A DNA stretch of 64,000 bases from assembly GCA_003971905.1 (NCBI GenBank), contig RSEE01000004.1:124001-188000 (forward strand), read 5' to 3'. The DNA is from Moniliella sp. 'wahieum'. Taxonomy: Eukaryota. A program made the translations under genes and the position numbers. Under the pieces are notes generated by a model. The model did no database searches, was not told the origin of the DNA, and was given only the letters and a program-made list of their open reading frames with translations. Numbering within the stretch: the first letter of the stretch is position 1; every line of letters begins with the position of its first letter. Below are positions 49,881 through 60,895 of this stretch, piece after piece.

Positions 49881-52800
49881 ATGATGTCCATCGTTTCCCC
49901 CGGCCTCGTTGCTGCCCCCGCCGCTGCAGCCCCAGCCACGGCGACGGCGGCCGTCGCTGCAGCGGGCGCCAGCACTGGCCCATCTGCCTCGGCCCCCTCC
50001 CAGCCTGGCGCCGACGGCGCCGACGACGCATTGTGGCGTACGCCTGCTGCCCGCCGAGCCGAGCGTACTTGGGCGTTGCAGCATGAGCGCACTGCGCTGC
50101 GCGACCCAAGCCAGCGGCGCTACGTGGCTGCCGTCGAGCGCGTTCTGGCTAGCTTTGACTCGGTGAGCGAGTGGGCGGACTTTATTGCCTTTCTTACTCG
50201 GCTGGCCAAGACGGTGCAGATGCCTGCCGCTGGCTCCGCAGTTGTCCCCCGCCATACCCAACAAGCATGTGGTCGCCAAACGTCTGTCGCAGTGCCTCAA
50301 CCCGCCTTGCCAGGTGGCGTGCACACCAAGGCGCTCGAATGTATGCATTGATCTTCACCCGAATCGGGCGGGATGGCTGCGGCGACCTGGGCGTGTGGAC
50401 ACCGGGTTTGCTTCCCTTTTATGCTGCTGCCGGCCTCTCCTCCCGCAGCCAAATTGTCGACATCTTCACGCGCTTCTACCTCCCTCTCGGCGGAGATGAC
50501 CTGCGGCCCCTGGCAGCGGCTTTCGTAGCCGCCATCTTACCCGGCTTGGATGATGAGGCGGCCGAGCACGCGGATGCAACCAACCGGCTTCTGGACCGGC
50601 CTTCGTTAATCGGCTTCCCCTCCTTCGCCTCTGCCCTTTGGCTGGTCACCACCCAAACCGCCAACGTTCGGCGCGCGGCGCTCAACCTCACCCTGCGCCG
50701 CCTACCCAAACTCGCCTCGACCCAGCCCTCTCGACGGCCGAATTGGAAAACACACTAGGCAGCGACAGGGGGCTTATGCCTCGCGCTTTGGCTGCTTTCC
50801 GCGCTGGAGGTCTACTCGAGCGCCGATTGTCCTTGGATGTGTTGATTGCCAAACTGCCTCTGTCTAGCGGGCTGTTCCCTCGAGTGATGCACGACGATCC
50901 GGACGACAGTATGCCCCACGAGAGCCACACCATCGCCACGTCGGATGCGCTCTTACTTGTGGATGCGGCGGCGCGAGTGGTGCTAAGGCGCGACGTGAGC
51001 CTCAATCGGCGTCTCTATGCCTGGCTCCTTGGCTCGGGTTCGGGTGGCAAGGAAAGAGACGGGTGGGCAAGAAGAGTACTTACGCTCTTATACCCTTCGC
51101 TTCTCTCACGTGCCCTGATTGGGCGCATTCGAACGATTCCACTAACCCCCCCTGGACAAGACCAACCAACAAGCAGAGCCCGGTGAACCGCAAGAGACGC
51201 ATCGTACCTTCATTGCATTGCTGGACAAGTGGGAGATTGGAAGTGCGCTCACGTCCGAAATTATCTTGGACATTCTAGCTGCGTTTTGGGCTTCGGCGCC
51301 CGAGGCACTCCGCGCTGCGGCCGTCCCGCCCCTATTGCCCGAATCCGGGCAGGAGGAGGCACCTTTGGACTCGACGGTGGCAGTGGGGACAACAGAGAAG
51401 ATGCTTCTGGCTGCGGTAGATCCCCAAGTCCTCTACACCCAGCTCGCTCAGGCTATCCAAACCGAACTTTCTGCGTCTGAGCCTTCCTTGCTCACTTCGT
51501 CCGCCTCTGCTCCAGCACAGGGATTGCCCAAGCCGACTGGTACGGCGTTGCTCGGCTTTGTTCTCACCCGTTTCCCATTACGGATGATGAGGAGCGCACG
51601 GTCCATGTACCAGCAACTTTGGCCCTTCTTCTCTCCCACGCTTGGGGGCTGCTCACCTCCTCTTCGGCCCCGAGCCCTGAGAAGAAGGACAAAGTTGGCC
51701 GTGCTCTGTTTGCGGCCCAGCTGGCGCTCAAGCATACCGCCTCGAGTGTCTTTTCCTTTTACCACGTTGAACCCGATGCGCCCAAGCCGGGTGGACTGGC
51801 GGCTGTGCTGGGAAATCTGTACGGTCCAGCCGGTACACTTGGCTTGCCCGAGCTCGAGCAATCGCTCGCCGTGCCCCATGCTCCCAACCTGTCCACTCGC
51901 ACCCTCGGCGACGTTCTCTCCTCTGACCCTCCTTCGTCGGACCTGCCCCGCTCGAGCCAGGAAGCAACGCGGGCGATTGGATCGGATATGTGGACGCCCG
52001 AAGTCGTCATGGAGTTGCTGGGCGTGGCCGAACTGGTTTTAGCCCAATGTCTCCTGGCCGAACCTTTGGATGGAGCATTGACTTTGCGTGCAGCTGGTAT
52101 TCTCCAGGGACTGCTTCGTGCGCTGGACGCTGCGGCGCGCTCGACAGGGCGGGAAGAAAGGGTGGTGGTGCGATGGGTGCCCGATAAGTTGGCCAAGATT
52201 GCCCTTCAGCGCCTTGCTACGTCGGCGGGGGTGCAAGTGGTTCAGGTGCTGGTCGAGGTGCTGGTGATGTGTGCCACTTGCCGTGCACTGGAGCGGCCTT
52301 ACCAACTCCGCTCACGTCCTGCTGTTCAACTCTGACGGATCGCCTCCTTTCCCTCCTCGGGGCAGAGGAAGCGAACCAAGTGAGTGCGGCCACAAGTCTC
52401 TTTTTATCCCTACAACAAGCTGCCCCGGTGGGTCTGGTCGAGTCCTGCTCACAGCTCGTTTGGTCGCCGGTCCTGCCGTCGCTGCCCCGCCCGCGTTGGC
52501 AAGGGGGCCTGGGCGATCCACCAGCCCGATCGCGCAGGGCAGCGAATCTCTCGCTTGGCGCCTGGGTATCCTCTGGCTTCAATTGGACGAACGCAGCGCC
52601 GATACAACTTTCCTCCATGCGCCCTTGCGCTTGGTTCTTTCCGGTCTCTGTGGCCCACCCGGGGTTGCACACCGTCAAATTGCATCGTCCTGGCTTCGGG
52701 CCTACGTCAAGTCCTTTGCCCGCGTGGTCGGGCCCATTTTGGTGGATGCCATGTCGGTCCAGGTCATTGTCCGCCCTGCTGACTCGGCGGGGTCGAATTC

Positions 52801-55800
52801 AGACAATGAGCCTGCCCGCAAGGGGCGGAACAAGGGGGACGAGTCCCAGGCAGAGTTGTTCCCTCCGCTCGTCTGCACCCAGCCTGCCGACACCGAAGCT
52901 CTGGCGAGCAGCGTCGGTCTTCTGGTTGGAGTAGTCAAAGAAGGTGGGAATACTGCGTTGCGGGCCATGTCAAGCAGCCACGTGGGGGGGGCGCCGATCG
53001 GGCCTGGTTCGATTCGGGCCAAGTCGGCAGAGATGCTGGGTGTGGCAGCGTCGCGGGTGGGCTTGGCGCCCGATACGAGCTTGTTGGATGCAGCGGTCAT
53101 CATGGCCGCCCGGCTCTTGGCTACCAATCTGGCCGAACCATTAATCCCCACCGCTGGTGCCGGTTGGGCAGCTGTACATGCAGCAGCAGCAGACTTGATC
53201 CAAGCAATTGCTGCTCGTCAGAGCTTACCTTTGCCTGCGTGCGCGGCGTTCTGATGGTCCTATTCCGAGCTGTGCGGAGAGCAACAAAGAACGAAACGTC
53301 CTGACCCAGGATTCGCTTCTGCGGGCGCTGCATGACGTTCTCTACACCCGTGTTCCTTCCTTTACCCCTACTGCGGTTGGGGGCAGAGACAGTCCCGCCG
53401 AGATTCGCCATGCCCGTCGGGCGAGCGACGATGGACTCCCCTGGCTACATCTCTTGATGCCTCCCAGGTCGCGGAGCTGCTTCGCATCTTGCGATACGGC
53501 ATTGTTCCGGGTAACAAGGATGCTCTTACCCATTGGTCTGACTTTACTCTCTCTGTGCTTCCTGCCGTGAAGGGGCACAGCAAATCGCTCCTTGCCCCGC
53601 TGGCTCAGCACTTGTCCAGCTTGCTCGAACGCGACACGCTGCTTCTCTCTGGGAGAGGCTTGCCCGAGACGGATGTAGCTCCTGCTCATGTATCGGATGC
53701 TGAGGTGGCGACCCTTGGCCTTGGCTGAACGTGCAGTGCTGATGTGTGTGGAAGATGCCATGCCATCGGTCATCGTTCCAGAGACCATGTCAATCCGCTC
53801 AGGGCAACGGGACACGTCGAGCGGGTTGCTGGGGTACGTGACTCGGCGGCTGGAGGGGACGTAGGACCCCGCCATTGGAAGGGATGCGAGGCGCCAGCCT
53901 ACCGCTTTGGGCAGCCGAGCTTCTCTACACCTTGGTGGCCGACGCTCAATCCGCATGGCAAGTCTGCGCCTCGATCGAGCTCGCCTCCACCACACCACGG
54001 GACGCTCGTGCGAAAGACATTCGCCTGCTTACCGCCGCACGCACTCGGGCGCGCTGCCGGCGTACGCTGGAGCGTCTCTATCGCCTCGCTCCCGGAGACA
54101 CGGTTTTGTCGTTGGTGGGTTCGGCTGCGCAGGTGCACTGGAGTAAGGACGGTACCCGCCACAGCACCACGTTTGTCCCCGTCTTGTTCAGCATTCTCCC
54201 TGCCCTGGTCGCGTCGCCTGCTGTGGCTGTCAACTGTGTGAGCGATGTGGTGACTGGGCGGCGCAAGGCAGACCACCTCCACGTTACCGATACCCTTTTG
54301 CTTAGCTTTATCACAGCGTATGCATCCCATTCGGATGGCGCCGGGGCTGCGGGTGTCTGGCCGTCGTCGCTGCGATGGGGAGAGATGTGCTGGGCAACAC
54401 GGCGACAGGGGTCCCTGTCCACTTAGTGGACAGTGTCCTTCGCGCGGCGACAGGCTTGGCCTCGGCAGCCGCCAAAGATGCCTCGTTTGCATCCGACCGC
54501 CGGTTCCGGAAGGACGTGCAAGACCAGGTTGTCAAATTGCTCGACTTGTCCGTCTTGGTAGCCGGGCGTGCAGTTGAGTCGTCCACTTCGTCCGCTTCGC
54601 TCGACTCGTTGGTGGGTGGAGCGCTTCTGTTCAGCCGCCGTCCAGGGTCAATCACTTCGACGACCCCTGTCCGCTCAGCCTGGCTCTCCTGAAGATGCTG
54701 CGCCCGAACCTGATAGCCTGATTGACTACATTGCGCACCATGGCTTCCACATCCTGCGCCAGCTCGGGGTCGATGCTGATCGTCTGTCGGCCTCGACGAG
54801 CAATGCTGTCTACTATTGATCGTCCCGCCTTGCGCAACAAACCTCGGTACGTTTTCCCTCATTTGGAGCGATGCAACTTCGGACTGACATTGTACGTGCA
54901 GGGATCCTCCTCCCAGTTTAGCTGTGCTGCAGCTTCTCCATGAGTTGACCACAATGGGGAGCACCCTCAAAGTCTGGCGTTCGATTGTGTTTGAGTCATT
55001 TACGGATGGTCGTTTCTTTTCTCAGCCAGCTTCGGCCATGAAAGTGTGGGCGCCGATTATGTGCAACACTTACAGTCTTGACAAGGAGCGCATGATTGAC
55101 ACGATTGCGCGCGTCGGTGCGGCCCTCAGTGCCAATATCAACATTTTTGCCAACCGCGAGGCCGAAACGCGTCTGCGTGCGCTCAACGTCCGTCGACTCG
55201 CTTTCCTGGTCTATGCAAGAGATGGACCATTGGCTTCCTCAGCTACCCATGATCAAGAACGGGTGGTAGACCTCCTCAAGACAAGCGCTCAGCCATCCAT
55301 CCAGGTCGAAACGTGGCTCGTGCTCCGCGTGCTTTTTACCCGCTTCAATGGTCAACACCTTTCGCCCCTCTGGCCTAACATTATTGCCGAGATGGTGCGT
55401 AACCCCTGTACTTTGAACGGGATGAACTTGCTAACCATCTGATTCTATGCAGGTCTCAACTCTTGAGCCACTCACCGACGCAGATCTGATGCCGGCTGAG
55501 GGATCCAGTCAATCCAGGTCATCTGGGCGGTGGCCAAGTTCCTCGACCTGATGCTCACTCTCCAGATTCCTGATTTCCAGATGTACGTGATCGATCAATT
55601 GTGTCCAACGTGATACTAACCTTTCTCATTTCCAGCCAACAATGGCTCTTCATCACGGATACGTCAGATGTGCTTTATCCACCTGAGGGCTGGTTACCTG
55701 AGGGCCTTCTGGAACGGGTTGCCGCCGCCCTGGTCGAGCGAGTCCCGCCTTCCATTGCTGCTGCCGCTCAAGCGTCCACCCCTCCGTCGCTCAGCGACAA

Positions 55801-56170
55801 CGGAATGACGGAGACTACCAAAGAAATCTCCAGCCCTGGTACGCCAACTCGGAAAGGACCTGCTACCCCGGTTCGCCCTGCGCACCCTACAAAGGGAAGT
55901 CGTGCTGCGACAGCCGCGCACGAGGCAGCACTCGCGCCGCAGCGGCGCAAACCGATGCTCCCGGCAGGCGAGAGCGGGAGCGTGGCCCGTCTGCTCTGGT
56001 TTTGCACTCAGGCAGCCCAACGGTCGTACGAGAGTGTGTATGCATCGAGCGCACGATTCCCTGCAGTAGCGACCGGGACGGCCAATGGACCAGCGCCGTC
56101 AGGTAACGGTGGTGGTGTTGACTTGGCTGCCGTTGATCAAGGCCTGCTGGCGGACATGCTCGACAGCTGA
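49881..56170 (+). CDS. DOP1: Dopey family endosome/Golgi trafficking protein
   Basis: Dopey_N YVAAVERVLASFDSVSEWADFIAFLTRLAK..VAKRLSQCLNPALPGGVHTKALE; VVLRRDVSLNRRLYAWLLG; LDKWEIG; C-terminal HLSPLWPNIIAEM and PDFQ/QQWLFITDT. Introns about 55395-55452 and 55583-55635. Confidence 0.95.
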
Positions 56171-56688
56171 TTTTGCATCCTGGATATCCATCCTTTTCAT
56201 CTCGGGCGGGTGGGAACGTGCGGGCGGAAAGTAGTCAAAAAGTGTAGCTGATGTTAGCTCATGTGGCCGCGAAGAATCTCCAAGTACTATTAGTAGCAGC
56301 TGGGCCGTTTACGCCTCCAAAAGAGGGTTGCCAGCCATTCTAAAAAAGCAATAAGTCGGTCCAGTGCAGGCGAGTTGCAGCCCAGGCAACGGCAATTGCC
56401 TATCCGCCAGGTTATACCCCCACTCGCCCATTCCTGCCCACATGTGGCCAGTTGCGCGGCGGACAAGCCGAAGTGCCGCGACTGCAGGAAAACGCAGAGC
56501 GCGGAGAAAAAACAGCTGTGACGAGCTAACCAAATTTCTAACTCGCCTCGTGCCTTGGGCGGAGACAGGCTCTTTGAAATTGGGCCCACCACTCCCTTCA
56601 AGCTTCAAGCAGGCTTCAAGCTTCAGGTGCGGATTATTGGGCCTGCTCCTCCTACCTCCAACCACCTCTGTTGCGCCCGCTCATCACC

Positions 56689-57699
56689 ATGGCCTCAAAT
56701 CTACTTGCGAGTGAAGACCTTAACAACCGGATGCTCTTTGCCATCCCCAAAAAGGGTATGTTTCCTTCCTTGGGCCAGCTGGGAGCGGTCAGCTGACGCA
56801 TGAGCGGCAGGGCGGCTGTACGAAAAGTGCCTCGCGCTTTTGCAGGGGGCAGATGTGCAATTCAAGCGACAGCATCGGCTTGACGTTGCGCTGGTGCAGA
56901 ACTTCCCCATGGCGCTTGTTTTCCTGCCTGCTGCCGACATTCCTCGCTTTGTGGGCCTCGGTAACGTTGATCTCGGCATCACAGGCCAGGACATGGTGGC
57001 CGAGAGCGGACCGGCAATTGCGTCGCGGGTGACCGAGGTGCTTCCGTTGGGTTTTGGCAAGTGCAAGCTCCAAGTCCAGGTACCAGACCCATCTCTGCAG
57101 CCACGCGGCAGCGTCGCGGCGCAGGGCCCAATGAAGACATTGGAGGACCTGGTCGGGTGCCGGATCGCCACATCGTTTGACCATTTGGCTGGCGCGTACT
57201 TTGCCGACTTGGACAAGCGCGTCGCTTCGGGTAAGCAAACCGAGATTCAGTTCATTAGCGGCAGTGTCGAGGCTGCATGCGCATTGGGCATTGCCGATGG
57301 CATTGTGGACCTGGTGGAGAGTGGAGAGACGATGCGTGCCTGTGGCCTCGCGCCGATTGCGACGCTCCTCGAATCGCAGGCCACGCTCATTCGTTCCGCC
57401 CAGCCCCACGCGCGCTCGGATACAAAGCTGATCAATCTCATTACCAACCGGATCCGCGGTGTGATCGCAGCACAACGCTACGTGCTTTGCACCTACAACA
57501 TCACCAAAGCCGACTTGCCTGCTGCACTCGAAATCACCCCCGGCCGGCGGGCAGCGACAGTGATGCCGCTTGAGGATGAGACGTGGAACGCCGTATCGGC
57601 GATGATTGTGCGCTCGGAGGCAGCCACCATCATGGACCGTCTCGAGGCAGTGGGCGCATCCGACATTCTCATCACCACCATCGCCAACTCGCGGCGTAA
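56689..57699 (+). CDS. HIS1: ATP phosphoribosyltransferase
   Basis: RMLFAIPKK/GRLYEKC (intron 56756-56810), VFLPAADIPRFVGLGNVDLGITGQD, SGSVEAACALGIADGIVDLVESGETMRA, ITPGRRAATV and IMDRLEAVGASDIL. The probable stop is TAA at 57697 after a 1-nt shift. Confidence 0.97.
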
Positions 57700-57851
57700 A
57701 AGGAGGTTTGGAACCAAATGCATACATGTTGGCTGTCTTTCCAAAGGCACCTCGTTGGTTACATTTCCAGACAACGTGGACAAAGCCTGCACCTGGGGAT
57801 CTAAAGAGTTCGGGGAGGGTGAGGGTGCAAAGGTATCTTTTAGTTTGTGGT

Positions 57852-60359
57852 CTACCTGTGAAGTAGCATAGCTACCAATGCCAGCAAAGTACAGCCTTGC
57901 AAGCCCCGGTGAAAGGCAGTGCCGATACGATGGGCCTGGGCCAAGCGGCGCGGAGAAGGACGACGAGCCGGGCGAGCTTCCTCAATCAGTTCCGGATCCC
58001 ATTCTTGCCCCTCCGCCTGCCCGGCCGCCCACTGTTCTGCGGCCGAACGGAGCAGGACATGGACGACTGTGGAGGCATCCAAACCAGGAAGTGGCAGGCC
58101 ATTGAGCAAGGCAAGCGAGACGGACGTTAACACGAAATAGCCGGCACCTAGTTCGAGCAACATCAGCCATCCATCCCACGTAGCGTGCGGGAGGGGTAGT
58201 AGTTGAGTCCATTTTCGAGCCACGTAGGGCGACACGGTTGTCCCGCCCAAGGCGCTGCTGGGATCTCCAGCAAGCAAGAGCGTCTGCTTGGAATTCCCTC
58301 GTTCGAAACCGCGGCACTGGGGGAAAGGAAGTTGATCGTACCAAAGGGACCGTTGGGAAGATGCATTCCCCCTTTCCGGTCGGGTGGTGCACATATCCGA
58401 GGTTTGGCACACCTTACCGCCAAATTGCTCAAAGGGGGCCTGTGCGCCAATAAGGGCCAGTGCGTTCACTCCGCGCATCCGACCTTGTCTGTCGCTGAAA
58501 CATACATCGGATCCTTGAATGGCCGAGCCGCGGGAGCACGAATGCAGCAAGGAAGTGTTGGTGCCGTTGCTGGGCAGGGGGTCGGGCGCAAATAGGTCCG
58601 AGCTGCCCGTGTCCGCATCTGCGTAAGTCTCCGAGGGTGCAAATAAATCTTCCCCCGCAGCGTCAGGGGCTTCTGATCCAGGTTTTGGCCCAGCAGACTG
58701 GGGCTGTGGTGCCCAGATGGACGAAGCGACGCACCATCCTCTTGTCTCCGTGGAGGCAAAGATGGCCTGGGCATAGGCTTCAAGTCGGTCCCCAGCTGAG
58801 GGGATGCGACCCGAGGCGTAAAACTTGGTCTCCTCCACAGAGAGAAGGACACTGCCTACACCCAAAACAGGAGCAGCCTGTGCCAAAGCAGAGCCAGGGT
58901 CGACTTTTGCAACGCGGAGTCCGCCCTTGGCATCACATGTAGGTCCTAGCCCGCACTTCCCCGTATCCTCATCTGATGAGGGCAATGCGGCGGTAATGGG
59001 GTCCTTGCTCCATCCAAAGTACCGATCATTGCAGCAGCGCCACCTTCGGCACCACCAGGAAGGTACATGCCCGCCCGGACTGAGCGGACTCCCGCCAAGA
59101 GTGAATGAGGCAAAACCAACGCCCCAGGCCTAGGGGCAAACGAGGTCGGTACACCCACCACAGCAATGAAGAGGAAAACCGAGACAAGGTTAGCTGCCAC
59201 CCCAGCACCAAGGATGCGAAGCTTGTGTCGCAAGGCCAATCGTGACTCTTTCCCGCCTTCAAACAGGGTGGGGGGAAAACGACAAACGCGGCGACAAGCC
59301 AGCCGGGGATGGGAATCCAGACGCCCAATGCTCGAGGAAGACACTCATCTTCTTCTCCCTCCCACTCGGTCTCCTCTCTCCGCTGAGCACGGCGGCTGAG
59401 GTAAACTGATACCGCAGCCAAAGCGTGGCCACCCACCTCGTGGATGAGCTGGGCCCCAAACAGAGTGATGAGCAAAAGGGTGGTGTGGGAAAAGGGTATG
59501 GTCAAGCCGGGGATGAGTGGGACAAGGTGCACGCCACCCGAACTAGGGGCAGCGGGTTCAGCAGCAGGCGCAGGCATCGCGCGCTTGGCGAAGACGTCAT
59601 CATTGTTCTCGGCCACGACAGCATCGCCTGCATGGTTCGACGGATGTGGAAGTAAGACGGCGCTCAGTAGTTGTTGTAGTGCAGGCAGAGCAAGATGCCC
59701 AAGACACAGACACATGGCGGCCGACCAGAGCAGCGATACAACGGCTGCGATGGATGTGGCCGTGCGTAGGCCGCGAGCTAGATGAGAGACAGGCGAGAGG
59801 GAGTGGGCGAAATGGGCAAGCCAGGCGGTGATGAGAGTAGACTCAACATGGATGCTGTTGAAGGACAAGTGCAAGGTTGTGTTGGATACCGGTACAGGTT
59901 CAAGAGCAGGTGCAAGAACGGGTGAGCTGGAAGGCAGGGCGGAGGCGGAAGAAAGGCGGTCGTGGGCGCGAAGCGTGTTGCGACGTGGACGCGTGGAAGG
60001 GGTGGAAGCAGGCGCGTTGGCAGTGGTGCTGGTGCTGCGCGGGGGGTGTTGCTACTGCTGGAGGAGAGGGGGAGCAAGGGGATGGTGGCGGAGGGCGCCG
60101 TCACTGCCCCTGGCCCAAGGGACGCGGTGGGTCCATGTGCGGGTCAGAACCTCGGTCCAGGTGGGCGGGGCAGGCCGTGTGCGGCGGAGGACAGAGACGG
60201 AGGAGCGGGTGGGTGGTGGCGGTGGAGCATCGACAGCGAGGGCGATGCCGCCGGCTGCCGCTGCCGGGCGGGGGCAAGCACCGCCCGCAGCAGCGCCTGG
60301 GCCACCAGCCACGGCGCCAGCGCGACGGCGACGATCCACACCAGCGTAGCGGCGTCCAT
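57852..60359 (-). CDS. Site-2 protease (peptidase M50, MBTPS2/Stp1-like) with a luminal PDZ/Cys-rich insert
   Basis: N-terminal TM MDAATLVWIVAVALAPW; LVPLIPGLTIP; IHEVGGHALAA; KLRILGAGVAAN; PDZ-like GLRVAKVDPGSAL; SLALLNGLPLPGLDA (NxxPxxxLD). Confidence 0.85.
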
Positions 60360-60895
60360 GGCGCTGCGGCGTGCGCCCTGGGAGGAAGGCGTCGCACCCG
60401 ACTGCGGCTGGGTGGGCCTCAGGCCTCAGGGCCTCATGGCCCCATCCATCATGCATCACACACCATTCTCCCCGCACCCAGCCCGCTCGCTTCGCGGTCA
60501 CATGCTGGCCCTGTCGCAGGCGGCGCTCCCGTGTGCTTACGTCAGGCCCCCGGCGCCCCAACGCCCTCTTCAGCAGCTTGGGTTTAATGACTGACGCCAT
60601 GCCGCCCCCTCGCCGCCGTCCTCTCCACCGGCTCCGGCATGGAGGCAGTGTAGAAATGGACGGCCAACTGCGCGAGTAGGGCACAGGGGCAGTGTGCTGT
60701 CGTTATCGCCACCCACTGCATCGCCCGCAGCTGATACGATGCGCTTATTAGGGGCCATCTGATGTGGGCCTCTGCGGCAGCCACTCCTCTCACCCCCCCC
60801 CCACCACCGACCGATTCTATCTGCTCATTCGTCCCCTCCCCCCGCCCCTCCGTCTTCTCCCGTTCCTGTTTCGCCGTTTCGCACTCGTCCACACC

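Noticed and set aside
28377..56170. Functional trafficking/polarity gene cluster (CDC42, TRAPPC11, APS2, DOP1)
   Set aside because: The genes are interleaved with unrelated housekeeping genes and act in different complexes. Chance is sufficient without synteny or co-expression data.
57697..57871. C-terminally extended His1 overlapping the end of the S2P gene
   Set aside because: His1 homology ends at IANSR. A TAA follows one base out of frame, consistent with a 1-nt deletion error.
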